Shown here in pieces: positions 39,302 to 49,544 of a stretch of DNA of 64,000 nt; position 1 is the first letter of the stretch; each line of letters starts with the position of its first letter. The stretch is from an uncultured Gemmatimonadales bacterium (GTDB lineage Bacteria > Gemmatimonadota > Gemmatimonadetes > Gemmatimonadales > GWC2-71-9). A model generated the notes under the pieces. It did no database searches. It had not been told where the DNA came from and was given only the letters and a program-made list of their open reading frames with translations. The DNA lies in NCBI GenBank assembly GCA_963730185.1, contig CAVSQW010000006.1, positions 1 through 64,000 of the forward strand, read 5' to 3'. Both the position numbers and the translations under genes were made by a program.

Positions 39302-39997
39302 CTATCCGCCGGCCGGAGCCGGACGCTCGACGCCCGCGAACGAGCTGAGCTCGAGCCAGTCCGGCAGCCGCCCCCGGAGGTCGGGCGGCCCGTCGACCGA
39401 GAGCGACCCGGTCCGGAGCACCTCGTCGAAGGTCAGGTCGCCCATCCACACCATCGTCATGGTTCGGACGTCGGTCTCCACCTCGAGGTCGACCCCGAAG
39501 CCGGGGTCGTTGAGGCAGAGGTCGCTCTCCTCGGGCTCGAGCACCAGCCACCAGTGCTTCTGTCCCTTGGGCGCGCTCGGAAAGGCGAAGTGCACCACGA
39601 CCCGGCCCCGCTCGATCCGCTGGGTGCGGACCCGGCGCCGGATGTCCCACATCAGGAGCGAGGCGTCGAGGTCGCCGTCGCCCATCGGCGTCCGGACCCA
39701 GCGCTGGCCCCAGACTCCGAGCATCTCGACGATCGGCCGGAGCTCCTCACCCGCCTCGGTCAGGTGGTATTCGGCGTGGCCACCGTCTCGCTCTCGCCGG
39801 ACGATGCCGGCCCGCTCCAACGCCTTCAGGCGGTCGGAGAGGAGCGAGGGTGACATCAGCGGCACTCCGCGGCGCAGGTCGTTGAAGCGGCGGCTCCCCA
39901 TCAGGAGCTCGCGAATCACGAGCGGCGTCCAGCGCTCGGTGACGATCTCGGCGGCTTTGGCCACGGGGCAAAACTGTCCATACCCATGTCGGCCCAT
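39302..39997 (-). CDS. HxlR-family winged-helix regulator with SCP2-like C-terminus
   Basis: YGQFCPVAKAAEIVTERWT, RFNDLRRGVPLMSPSLLSDRLK, YHLTEAG, LCLNDPGF. Confidence 0.93.
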   Translation of the reverse strand: MGRHGYGQFCPVAKAAEIVTERWTPLVIRELLMGSRRFNDLRRGVPLMSPSLLSDRLKALERAGIVRRERDGGHAEYHLTEAGEELRPIVEMLGVWGQRWVRTPMGDGDLDASLLMWDIRRRVRTQRIERGRVVVHFAFPSAPKGQKHWWLVLEPEESDLCLNDPGFGVDLEVETDVRTMTMVWMGDLTFDEVLRTGSLSVDGPPDLRGRLPDWLELSSFAGVERPAPAGG

Positions 39998-40059
39998 GCT
40001 GCTCAAACTAGAGTCGATTGCACCCTCCTGCCAGCACCGGCCTCGGGCCGGGCGGGGCC

Positions 40060-40076
40060 GGTACAGATCTCGTACT
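40060..40076. promoter_or_regulatory. Candidate HxlR operator
   Basis: G-GTAC-AGATCTC-GTAC-T dyad in the divergent intergenic region. Confidence 0.35.
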
Positions 40077-40137
40077 TGAGACGACCCCGGCGCGGCCCCA
40101 CCATGAAGGTCCGTACCCGTTCAACCAGGAGTCCTCC

Positions 40138-41521
40138 ATGACGACCCAGACGCTCTCGTTCGACACCCTCCAAGCCGGGATCCGGGGCTCGGTCCTCACC
40201 CCCGACGATGACGGCTTCGACGCGGCCCGCTCGGTGTACAACGCGATGATCGACCGCCACCCCGCCGTGATCGTCCGGGCCCGCGACGCCGCCGACGTGA
40301 TGGCCGCGATCCGCTTTGCCCGCGAGCACGACCTGGAGCTCGCCGTTCGAGGCGGGTCGCACAGCGCCCGGGCTACGGTACCACCGACGGCGGCCTGGTG
40401 CTCGACCTGGGCGAACTCCGCTCGGTCCGGGTCGACCCCGCCACCCGCCGGGCCTGGGTCGGCGGCGGGGCGGTGCTCGGCGATCTCGACCACGCCACCC
40501 ACGCCTTCGGCCTGGCCACGCCGGCCGGCTTCAACTCGACCACCGGCGTGGGCGGCCTGACGCTGGGCGGCGGGATCGGGCGTATCTCTCCCGAAAGCTC
40601 GGCCTCACCTGCGACAACCTGGTCTCGGCGACCGTGGTCACGGCGGAGGGAAAGCAGGTCACCGCCAGCGAGCGACAGAACCCGGATCTCTTCTGGGCTA
40701 TCCGCGGCGGCGGCGGCAACTTCGGGGTGGTGACCACCTTCGAGCTGGCCCTTCACCCGGTGAGCACCATCGTCGGCGGGCCGATGTTCTTCGACATCGC
40801 GAGCTCGGCCGACGTGATGCGCGCCTGGCGCGACGTGATCGCCAAGGGACCGCGGGAGCTGAGCGGGTTCTTCGGCTTCCACCTCGCCCCGCCGCTCCCC
40901 TTCATCCCCGAAGCGCGCCACGGGAAGCCGCACGCTGCCATCGTCCCCTGCTGGAGCGGGCCGGCCAAGGAAGCCGAGCAGGCCTTCGCGCCGCTCCGGA
41001 AGTCGGGGAAGCTGGTGGCGGAGCACGTGGGCGAGATGCCCTACCCCGTGCTCCAGTCGGCGTTCGACGCCCTGCTGCCCCGCGGACTCCAGCAGTACTG
41101 GAAGGCCGACTTCGTCGGCGAGCTGACCGACGCCGCCATCGCCGCGCACCTGAAGCACGGCCCCAAGGTGCCGTTCATGAGCTCGACCATGCACCTCTAT
41201 CCGATCAACGGCGCGGTGCACGACGTGGCGCCCGACGCCACCGCCTTCGCCTGCCGTGACGCGCAGTTCGCCTGCGTGATCGCCGGACTCTGGCCCGACC
41301 CCGCCGACAACGAGAAGAACACCAAGTGGGTCCGCGACTACTACGCCGCCATCCATCCCCACTCGGGCTACGCCGGCGGATACACCAACTTCATGGCGGC
41401 GGACGACCAGCAGCGGGTCCGGGACAACTACGGCGCCAGCTACGACCGGCTGGCCGCGCTGAAGAAGACCTGGGACCCGAGCAACCTCTTCCGGCTGAAT
41501 CAGAACGTGAAGCCGGCGTAG
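40138..41521 (+). CDS. FAD-binding oxidoreductase (BBE/6-hydroxy-D-nicotine oxidase-like); frameshifted
   Basis: [54 protein letters not shown]. Confidence 0.92.
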
Positions 41522-41595
41522 GGTGACCGGCGCCCCGACCACAGGATCCTTCTAGCACGCCTTCTCGGCGCCGGCGATACTTGGACGGATGATCC

Positions 41596-42173
41596 ACCAT
41601 CGCCGGCGCGGGTCGGTTCGTGATCCCCGGTCTCTGGGATATGCACGTGCACCTCGTCCTCGCCGGGTCCGAGGCGCTCGAAACCCTGGTCTCCCAGGGC
41701 GTGACCGGAGTCCGTGACGCGGGCGGCAACATCGACTCGATCAGAACCTGGCGGCGGCAAATCGCCGCCGGCGAACGGGTGGGGCCCTACATCGCGGCGG
41801 CGGGGTGGGTGCTGGAGAGCGCGCCCTGGCTCGAGCGGCTGCCCCGGAGGTGGCCCCGCTGGCCGAGGCCTTCCGAGCCGGGGTGCCCATCGTGACCGGC
41901 ACCGACCTGGGCGCGCTTCTGATGATTCCGGGCCGGGGCATTCACGACGAGCTCCGCCTCCTGGTCCAGGTGGTGGGGCTCCGTCCAATCGACGCGCTCC
42001 GCGCGGCGAAGCTCACCCCGGTCCAGGCACTGCATCTCGAGTCGACCCGGGGTACCATCGAGGTGGGCAAGGTCGCCGACCGGGTGCTTCTCACCGGCAA
42101 CCCGCTGGACGACATCACCAACGTCGATCGGATCGCGGCGGTGATCGCGGGTGGGCGGGTCGTCCAACCGTAA
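41596..42173 (+). pseudogene. Amidohydrolase remnant (N-terminus and middle missing)
   Basis: GRFVIPGLWDMHVH..GVTGVRDAGG jumps to GVPIVTGTD..IHDEL..GTIEVGKVAD..GNPLDDI; total under 200 codons. Confidence 0.75.
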
Positions 42174-42189
42174 GGCAGCGCCGGAGACT

Positions 42190-43014
42190 CGTCGCAGCCC
42201 TCGTCGATCTGAACGGCCAGCGGCTCCACCTGTATTGCACCGGCGCCGGATCGCCGACCGTCCTGCTCGAGAGCGGTCTGGGCGACTTCTCCGTGATCTG
42301 GTCGCTGGTGCAGCCGTCCGTGGCCCGGTTCACCCGGGTCTGCAGCTACGACCGAGGAGGCTACGCCTGGAGCGATCCGGGCCCCCGGCCGCGCACCTTC
42401 GGGCAGCTGGCCCTCGAGCTCCGGACGGCGCTGGAGCGTCTCGGTGAGCGCCCGCCGTTCGTGTGGGTCGGCCAATCCTACGGTGGGCTCGTGGTGCGGG
42501 GCTTCGCGCGGCGCTATCGGAGCGAGACGGCTGGGATGGTGCTGGTCGACGCCGTCCACGAGGATGCTCCGTCATCCGCCGCCGATTCCGTTGCCGCGCC
42601 CGACCCCCGACCGCTCGAGGCTCCGCTAGACCGACTCCCGCCGGCGGCACTGGCCATCTGGCGCTGGGCCGCCGCCCAACCGATGGTGCGCCGGGCCCAG
42701 GAGGCCGAGACCGTTTGGTCGCCGGAGGAGTTGGCCCGCTTTCATCGCGAGCGGCTCCGGAACCGGGCCACCCTCGGCGAGCTTCCCTTGATCGTGCTGG
42801 CCCGCACCGACGGTGGCTACCCCGACGGGATGAGCATCACATCCGACAGCCTCGAGCGGGAGCGCCGGTCCTTCGCTCGCGACCTGGCCCGCCTCTCCCG
42901 CCGCGGGACCGTCGTCTTCGCGGCGGCGTCGGGTCACAACATTCACTTGGAAGATCCCGACCTGGTGATCGGGTCGATTCGGACCATCGTCGAGGCGGCG
43001 CGCGCCGGCGGTGA
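42190..43014 (+). CDS. Alpha/beta hydrolase lacking a clear start (probably degraded)
   Basis: LHLYCTGAGSPTVLLESG, VCSYDRGG, VGQSYGG, SGHNIHLEDP. No start codon or in-frame stop at the expected places, so both ends are approximate. Confidence 0.7.
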
Positions 43015-43097
43015 GCCAAGGCTCGGAGCGGACCACCGGCGCGACTCCGTCCGGCGGCTGTCTTCCGCGCCGGGAGTCCGATTAGTATCCGACCCCT

Positions 43098-44492
43098 ATG
43101 CGCCCTCGCCTGCTGGCTCCGCTCGTTCTGCTGTCCCTGACCGGGGGAACCCTCACCGCCCAGTCCGGCGCCGGCCGCCTCGACGGTTCCCGATTGGTCG
43201 CTACGCTCGACTCGGCGGCGCGCGGCTACCTGGCCCGCGCCCATCTGGCCGGCTTGGCCGTGGCCGTCGTCCGCCGAGGGCAGCCGCTGCTGCTCCAGGG
43301 CTACGGCCGGGCCGACCTCGAGAACGACGTCCCGGTCACCCCGCGGACGGTGTTCCAGCTGGGGTCGATGACCAAGCAGTTCACCGCCGTCGCTCTCCAT
43401 CAGCTGGCCGAGCAGGGCAAGGTCGATCTCGACGCCGACGTCACGACCTACCTGTCCGACCTCGAGACCCACGGCCGGGCCATCCCCGTCTGGCGGCTCC
43501 TCGACCACACCTCCGGCCTGGCCGAGTACACCGGGCTTCCCGCGTTCGGACTCCTGAGTCTCCAGACCCTGCCGCGGGACACCATCGTCCGGCTGATCAG
43601 CCGCGAGCCCCTGATGTTCGAGCCCGGCGCCGCGATGATCTACGACAATTCGGGCTTCTTCCTGGCCGCCATGATCGTGGCCCGGGTGAGCGGTCAGTCG
43701 TTCGAGACCTATCTGACCGATCACCTGTTCGCGCCGTTAGGCATGACCGACACCCGCTATTGCGACAACGCCGCGATCATCGAGCATCGGGCCCGCGGCT
43801 ACTGGAACGGCCGCCAAGGAAAGCGTCGTAACGCGGATCTGGTCAACCAGACCTGGCCCTATGGCGCCGGCTCCCTCTGCAGCAGCCTTCGCGACCTGGT
43901 CCGGTGGAACGAGGCCCTGCATCACGGCCGGGTCCTGAGCCCGGCCGAGTACCAGCGCCTGGTCACCCCCCGCCCGCTCACCGACGGCCTCCCGATCCGT
44001 TACGCCGGGGGCCTGGCGATCCACGACGCCTACGGACGGCGGACCATCGAGCACGGCGGGGCGATCAACGGATTCTATTCGATGGGGTACGACTACCCCG
44101 ACGACGACGTGCTGATCGTCGTACTCCAGAACGACACGGCTCAGCCCCCGGCGATCCTGGCCGATTCCCTGGCCAACCTGGTGTTCGGCCCTCCCGCGCC
44201 GATCCGTTCGGAAGGGACGCCCGACCTGCGCGATCTGGCGGGCGTGTATCGAGGCCGACGCCGGGGCGGGATGCTGACGGTGCGGGTGGAGACGGGCCCC
44301 GGCCTTCGTCTGTTCCTCGACCAGGACCCGACCCCGGTCACGCCCGACTTCCAGCGCGGCTCGGTCTGGATCGACGGGCCCACCCGGTACACGTTCGTCC
44401 GCCAGGCCGGCTCGGCGCCGGAGCTCCACATCGAGCCGCTCTGGCGGGGCCGGTCGATCTACGGGCACTACGTGCTCAGTCGGCAGCCCTGA
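43098..44492 (+). CDS. Serine hydrolase, beta-lactamase/PBP-like
   Basis: Signal peptide; GSMTKQF (SxxK), YDNSG, HGGAINGF. Confidence 0.93.
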   Translation: MRPRLLAPLVLLSLTGGTLTAQSGAGRLDGSRLVATLDSAARGYLARAHLAGLAVAVVRRGQPLLLQGYGRADLENDVPVTPRTVFQLGSMTKQFTAVALHQLAEQGKVDLDADVTTYLSDLETHGRAIPVWRLLDHTSGLAEYTGLPAFGLLSLQTLPRDTIVRLISREPLMFEPGAAMIYDNSGFFLAAMIVARVSGQSFETYLTDHLFAPLGMTDTRYCDNAAIIEHRARGYWNGRQGKRRNADLVNQTWPYGAGSLCSSLRDLVRWNEALHHGRVLSPAEYQRLVTPRPLTDGLPIRYAGGLAIHDAYGRRTIEHGGAINGFYSMGYDYPDDDVLIVVLQNDTAQPPAILADSLANLVFGPPAPIRSEGTPDLRDLAGVYRGRRRGGMLTVRVETGPGLRLFLDQDPTPVTPDFQRGSVWIDGPTRYTFVRQAGSAPELHIEPLWRGRSIYGHYVLSRQP

Positions 44493-44540
44493 CCGGCGGT
44501 CCCCTCGCCCGCTCAGGCGGCGACCGGCATATTTCGGCCA

Positions 44541-46874
44541 ATGATCCCAGCCATCGGCACGGTCATCGACGATCGCTACCGGCTCGAGCGCGAGCTCGGG
44601 CGGGGCGGCATGGCCGTGGTGTTCGCCGCCCATGACCTCCGCCACGAGCGCTCGGTCGCCATCAAGGTGCTCCGCCCCGAGCTGGTGGCCGCCGACGGCG
44701 GCGAGCGCTTTGCCCGCGAGATCCGGATCACCGCGCAGCTGAGCCATCCCCACATCGTCGGGGTGCTCGACTCCGGCACGATCACGTCACCGGGCGACGC
44801 GCCGGTGGCCTGGTTCGCGATGCCCCTGGTCGAGGGCGAGTCGCTCCGGGCCCGGCTCGAACGCGACCGGGTCCTTCCGGTCGACGAGGCCGTCCGGCTC
44901 GCGGCCGAGGTGGCCGACGCGATGGCCTTCGCCCACGGTCGTGGCGTGATCCACCGCGACCTCAAGCCCGACAACGTGCTCCTGGCCGGGGGCCACGCCC
45001 AGGTAGCCGACTTCGGGATCGCCCGGGCCCTCGACGCCGCTCCCGGACCCCGGCTTACCGAGACCGGGTTCTCGCTCGGCACGCCGGCCTACATGAGCCC
45101 CGAACAAGCGGCCGGCGAACGCGACGTCGACGCCCGCGCCGACCTCTATGCCCTCGGGTGCATCCTCTACGAGATGCTCGCCGGCGAGCCGCCCTTCGGC
45201 GGACCGACCGCCCAGGCCGTCGTGGCCAAGCATCTAGCCCAACCCGCCCCGTCAGTCCGGATCACCCGGGCCACCGTTCCTCAGGCCCTGGACCGGTGCA
45301 TTACCCGCGCTCTGGCCAAGGAACCGGCCGATCGATTCGCCTCGGCGGACGAGATGCGGAGCGCCCTGCTGGCGGCCGTGGCGCCCCCGCCGGCCGGCCG
45401 GCGGCGGGGGCTCGGCGTCGCGGTCGGCGCGGTGGCGCTGCTCGGTCTCGGCCTCGGCGTCGCGGCTTGGTGGAGACGGACCACCTCACCGCCCGGAAGC
45501 GCCGCCCCGAGCCCCAAGCCCGTGCTCCTCGCGGTCCTCCCCTTCCAGAATCTGAGCCCCGACTCCGCCGACGCCTACTTCGCCGACGGCCTCACCGAGG
45601 AGATCACCTCCACCTTGGGCCAGGTCGGCGGGCTGAGCGTGCTGTCCCGAGGCTCGGCCGCCACGCTCGACGGGTCGAACCCGGTTCAGCGGGCCCGCGA
45701 TGCCGGGGTGCGCTACCTGCTGGAGGGATCGGTCCGGAAGGAGGGCCCCCGTTCCCGGATCTCGGTTCGCCTCTCGGACGCCACCACCGGGACCGAGGTC
45801 TGGAACCGCACCTTCGACCGGAGCGGGGGAAAGCTCCTCGGCGTCGAGGTCGACGTCGGCCATGCGGTGGCGGCCGGGCTCCAGGGCCAGCTCCCCTCCG
45901 GGGCGGAGTCCGGCCTCAAGCCGCCTCCCACCCGGAACCTCGAGGCCTACGACCTCTTCCTCCGATCCCTGTCCGGCCAGGACGATCAGGGACGGGGCGT
46001 CGACCAGCGGATCGCGCTGCTCGAACGGGCGGTGGCCCTGGATCCCGCCTTCGTGGCAGCCTGGGCGGCACTGAGCCGAGCCTGGTTGGCCAGCGCCGTC
46101 TGGGCCCGGGTTCCTCTCGGCCAGGTCATCGACTCGGCCCGCTCCGCCACCGACCGGGCGCTGGCCATCGACAGCGCCAGCGCGGAGGCCTGGTCCGCCC
46201 TGGCGCTGATCCGCTTCCGCTACGACTGGGATTGGCCTGGTGCCCTCGCCGCCCACGAGCAAGCCCTCCGGCTCAACCCCAACAGCGCGGACATCCACCA
46301 CGAATACGCCCGGACCCTCCGCTCGCTGGGCCGCTTTGCCGAGTCGCAGACCCAGTACGCGCTGGCCGACCAGCTCGACCCGATCTCCAAACGCGCCAGC
46401 GGCAGCCGGGGGCGGGCCTTCTACTACGCCCGCGACTACGAGCGGGCGCTCGAGGTCTACCGGGCCACGCCGGACGGCACCCCGCTCTTCGCCGCCGAGG
46501 CGCTCCTCCAGCTGGGGCGGTTCAGGGAGGCCGGCGCGGTCTTGGCCGCCGGGGCCGACTCGACCGACTGGTCCGGGCTCCCGCTCTGGGCCTACTACTG
46601 GGCGGTGGCCGGCCCCCGCGACCGGGCCGTCGCCGCCCTCCAACGCCTCGAAGCAGCCGCCCAAACCCGCTACGTCCACCCGGTCCTGATGGCGCTCGCC
46701 TACACCGGCCTTGGCGACCGCGACGCCGCCTTCCGCTGGCTGGAGCGCGCCTATCGCGACCGGAACGAGCGGATGGTCGACCTCATGGTCGAGCCCCGAT
46801 TCGACCCGCTCCGGTCCGACCCCCGCTTTACCGATCTGCTCCACCGGATGCGCTTCCCCACTCCGACCGGCTGA
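44541..46874 (+). CDS. Ser/Thr kinase with TM, TolB-N-like and TPR domains
   Basis: ELGRGGM, HRDLKPDN, DFG, MSPE; LAVLPFQNLS..YFADGLTEEI; TPRs; FDPLRSDPRF. Confidence 0.95.
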   Translation: MIPAIGTVIDDRYRLERELGRGGMAVVFAAHDLRHERSVAIKVLRPELVAADGGERFAREIRITAQLSHPHIVGVLDSGTITSPGDAPVAWFAMPLVEGESLRARLERDRVLPVDEAVRLAAEVADAMAFAHGRGVIHRDLKPDNVLLAGGHAQVADFGIARALDAAPGPRLTETGFSLGTPAYMSPEQAAGERDVDARADLYALGCILYEMLAGEPPFGGPTAQAVVAKHLAQPAPSVRITRATVPQALDRCITRALAKEPADRFASADEMRSALLAAVAPPPAGRRRGLGVAVGAVALLGLGLGVAAWWRRTTSPPGSAAPSPKPVLLAVLPFQNLSPDSADAYFADGLTEEITSTLGQVGGLSVLSRGSAATLDGSNPVQRARDAGVRYLLEGSVRKEGPRSRISVRLSDATTGTEVWNRTFDRSGGKLLGVEVDVGHAVAAGLQGQLPSGAESGLKPPPTRNLEAYDLFLRSLSGQDDQGRGVDQRIALLERAVALDPAFVAAWAALSRAWLASAVWARVPLGQVIDSARSATDRALAIDSASAEAWSALALIRFRYDWDWPGALAAHEQALRLNPNSADIHHEYARTLRSLGRFAESQTQYALADQLDPISKRASGSRGRAFYYARDYERALEVYRATPDGTPLFAAEALLQLGRFREAGAVLAAGADSTDWSGLPLWAYYWAVAGPRDRAVAALQRLEAAAQTRYVHPVLMALAYTGLGDRDAAFRWLERAYRDRNERMVDLMVEPRFDPLRSDPRFTDLLHRMRFPTPTG

Positions 46875-47514
46875 ACGCCCGCTCGCCGCCCGGCGACCCC
46901 GGTCCACAAGGCCCGCGACGCCAGCGCCAGGAGTCCCGCGGCGGAAAGCATGATGAAGGCATAGACCGCAGGTGCCAACGCCATCGTCGGATCTCCGAGC
47001 AGCGTGGCGGTGACGAAGGCGGCGGTGGCAACGTTCTGCATGCCCATTTCGATCCCAACCATGACGATCTCCGGGCGGGCCAGCCTCGCGATGGTCGCGA
47101 TCAGGAGGCCGGCCGTCGTGCTCCCGACGCCCAGCACCGCGAGCGGGAGGCCCAGGGCACGCAGACCCACCCGGAGACTATCGGCGTTCTGCCCGACGAT
47201 GACGACGACGACCGCCAGGAACAACATGGTCGCCAAGCCGCGCACGGCCCTGCGGAGGCGCTCCGTTGCTCCGGCGGCGCGGGCGCGGATCGTCATTCCC
47301 ACCACGACGGGCACCACCGTCACGGCAACCAGGCGCACCAGCGTCCCAACGAAGGGCAGCGACAGGCCGGACGCAGCCGGCGCCCAGAGCCGCGCGGCCC
47401 ACCCGTAGGCGAGCGGCAGGGTGACCGGGGCGACAGGACGACGATCCCGAGCGCCAGCATGATGAACATGAGGGCGAACGGAACGACCCGCACCGCCAAC
47501 CCGGCCTCGGTCAC
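46751..47514 (-). pseudogene. Bile acid:sodium symporter family, internally deleted and frameshifted (3' end uncertain)
   Basis: VVPFALMFIMLALG N-terminus, VTVVPVVVGM, IEMGMQNVATA, APAVYA. Shorter than a full BASS transporter. Confidence 0.65.
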
Positions 47515-48539
47515 CCGGGTCGAGCCGTCGGCGCGGGGGAGACCACCCGACCGAGATCGAAGAGCCGGATGGCGTTGCCGGCGAAGATCGCCTCGTTGTC
47601 GTGGTCGGCCAGGTCGAGAGACCGGACCAGATCCACGTGCTCGGCGGGACTGATCGGGACGGCCGGGTAATCGGTTCCGAACAGGATCCGGGATGGCCCC
47701 ATCACCGCAAGAAGCTGCCGCAGCATGGGCGACGAAAAACCCATCGTGTCAACGTACAGGTTCGCGAGGTACTCGCTCGGTTTCCGCCGGCACTTGGGCG
47801 TCTGGTACGGAGCATGTCCCGCGTACCCCAGACGGTAGCCCATGTCCATCCGGCCCAATACGCTCATCAGGGCCCCGCCCATGTGGGGCACCACGACCCT
47901 GAGTCCTGGGAAGCGGTCGAAGACGCCGGCGTAGATCATCCTCGCTACCGATACGGTCGTGTCGAAGACCCGCCCGACGACTTCGGCCATTCGGTAGCGG
48001 TCCATCGCTTCGTGGCCCAGCGGAACCAAGGGCGGGTGGACGAACACGGGCAGGCCGAGGGCTTCGGCGCACTCGAAGAAGGGCCAGGCCAGCTCCGAGT
48101 CGAGGTACAGCTCGTCCCAACTGGTGGGAACGCAGACTCCGTGGAGGCCGAGGTCGCCGACGGCGCGCTCCAGCTCGCCGACGTGGGCCGCTTCGAACGG
48201 GGCGACCGAGGCCATGCCGGCCAAACGGCCGCCCGCCCCCGCAACCAGTGCGGCCATCGCGTCGTTGACCCGCTGAGCGACAGCGAGCGTCCGCCGACCG
48301 CCGTATCGGCTGAGCAGATAAATTGCCTCGACGCTGCTGACGATCCGGAGGGTCACCCCCGCCTCCTCGATCACTCCGGCCTGCTTCTCCAAAGACACCA
48401 GGTCCTCGGCGGCTTGCATCGGGATCCCGCGCAAGACGGCGAGCGCGCCGCCGCCATCCAACGGGCGGAAGAGACCGGAGCTGAAGAGCCAACCGTCATC
48501 GACCCCGAGCAGGACATGCGAGTGGATGTCGATGATCAC
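47511..48539 (-). CDS. Amidohydrolase_2 family (ACMSD-like decarboxylase/hydrolase)
   Basis: IIDIHSH, PVFVHP, PHMGG, LYVDT, ILFGTDYP. Confidence 0.9.
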   Translation of the reverse strand: MIIDIHSHVLLGVDDGWLFSSGLFRPLDGGGALAVLRGIPMQAAEDLVSLEKQAGVIEEAGVTLRIVSSVEAIYLLSRYGGRRTLAVAQRVNDAMAALVAGAGGRLAGMASVAPFEAAHVGELERAVGDLGLHGVCVPTSWDELYLDSELAWPFFECAEALGLPVFVHPPLVPLGHEAMDRYRMAEVVGRVFDTTVSVARMIYAGVFDRFPGLRVVVPHMGGALMSVLGRMDMGYRLGYAGHAPYQTPKCRRKPSEYLANLYVDTMGFSSPMLRQLLAVMGPSRILFGTDYPAVPISPAEHVDLVRSLDLADHDNEAIFAGNAIRLFDLGRVVSPAPTARPG

Positions 48540-48582
48540 CAGCTCCCTCCCTGAAGAGGCGTGGGTGACGGGGGCATCGGTG

Positions 48583-49344
48583 CTATCGGGGTGCGTGGGC
48601 CGCCACGTGGACCCACCGGCACGGAAGTGGCCCGAACGCCGGCGGACCCTGGCATCCCCCTAGGAGCGTGTTGAGCTGGGCCCGGCGCAGCGGGTGTCCT
48701 TCGGGGAGCACCGGGCCCTTCTCCATGACGCCGGCGTAGAACATCATCCCGGCCGGATTGGTGACCGGGGAGCCGAAGATCACTTCGGTGGGTGTGTCGT
48801 GGACCACGTCGATCCGGAAGCTGATCCGGTCCTGCTCGGCGACCTTGCCCCCGTAGGTACCGACGTAGAAGCCGGTCGCCGGGTCGAGACCATCGAGCCG
48901 GTCGAGCGGGCCGTTGGAGCGACACGGGTACGGGATGCCGAGGAAGCGATCTTCGACGAACCGGCAGTGTTCGGGGTGATCGAACGGAGTCATGGCGTAC
49001 ACGTAGACGTTGCCCGGCGTGATGTTTTCGCTCAGCTGCACCTCATTGATCGCGGTGGCCCGCCGGCGGATGAGGATGTCGCGGCCGCGAGCGCGCTCCC
49101 GGGCGATTTGCGGACAGGCCGGAAAGCACGCCGGCGGCACCAAGGCGTACGGTTGGATCGAGACGCGCCCACGCCCCGTTCGGACCGGCCTTCCGGCGAC
49201 GTCTTCCGGATGATCCGGCAGCGAACGGACCGACCGTGCCGTCGGGGCCGGGGGGGCGGTTTCGGGAGTCGTCACCTGGTTGGAACAGGCTGCGGTCGAC
49301 GCAGCAAGGAACAGGACCACGACGGTTTCCGCGAGCTTGGGCAT
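48583..49344 (-). CDS. Hypothetical Cys-containing lipoprotein
   Basis: RBS GGAGG; hydrophobic signal ending TAAC; six further Cys. Confidence 0.65.
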   Translation of the reverse strand: MPKLAETVVVLFLAASTAACSNQVTTPETAPPAPTARSVRSLPDHPEDVAGRPVRTGRGRVSIQPYALVPPACFPACPQIARERARGRDILIRRRATAINEVQLSENITPGNVYVYAMTPFDHPEHCRFVEDRFLGIPYPCRSNGPLDRLDGLDPATGFYVGTYGGKVAEQDRISFRIDVVHDTPTEVIFGSPVTNPAGMMFYAGVMEKGPVLPEGHPLRRAQLNTLLGGCQGPPAFGPLPCRWVHVAAHAPR

Positions 49345-49544
49345 CGTTCACCTCCGGCGGCAAGGTTGAGTAGCCGGCGCTCGCTCATCCTGGGGATCCA
49401 TCGGGTGGGCGCGGGCGCGCGGCCGATCACATGCCGGGCGGGGACACCGCCCGGCGGCCTTGCCTTCAAAGCTGGGGCGGAGGGGATGGTCGACAATCCC
49501 ACGAAGCTGGGATTCTCGGGCCTCGACATCCCAGGATACCGGGA

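Noticed and set aside
36141..39650. Very long antisense ORFs (also 54122-57337, 34177-36522, 60647-63436)
   Set aside because: Shadow ORFs opposite well-supported genes; expected at high GC, with no motifs.
48880..48990. Rieske-like motif in the lipoprotein (HPEHC...YPCRSNG)
   Set aside because: Lacks the CxH and CxxH ligand pairs.
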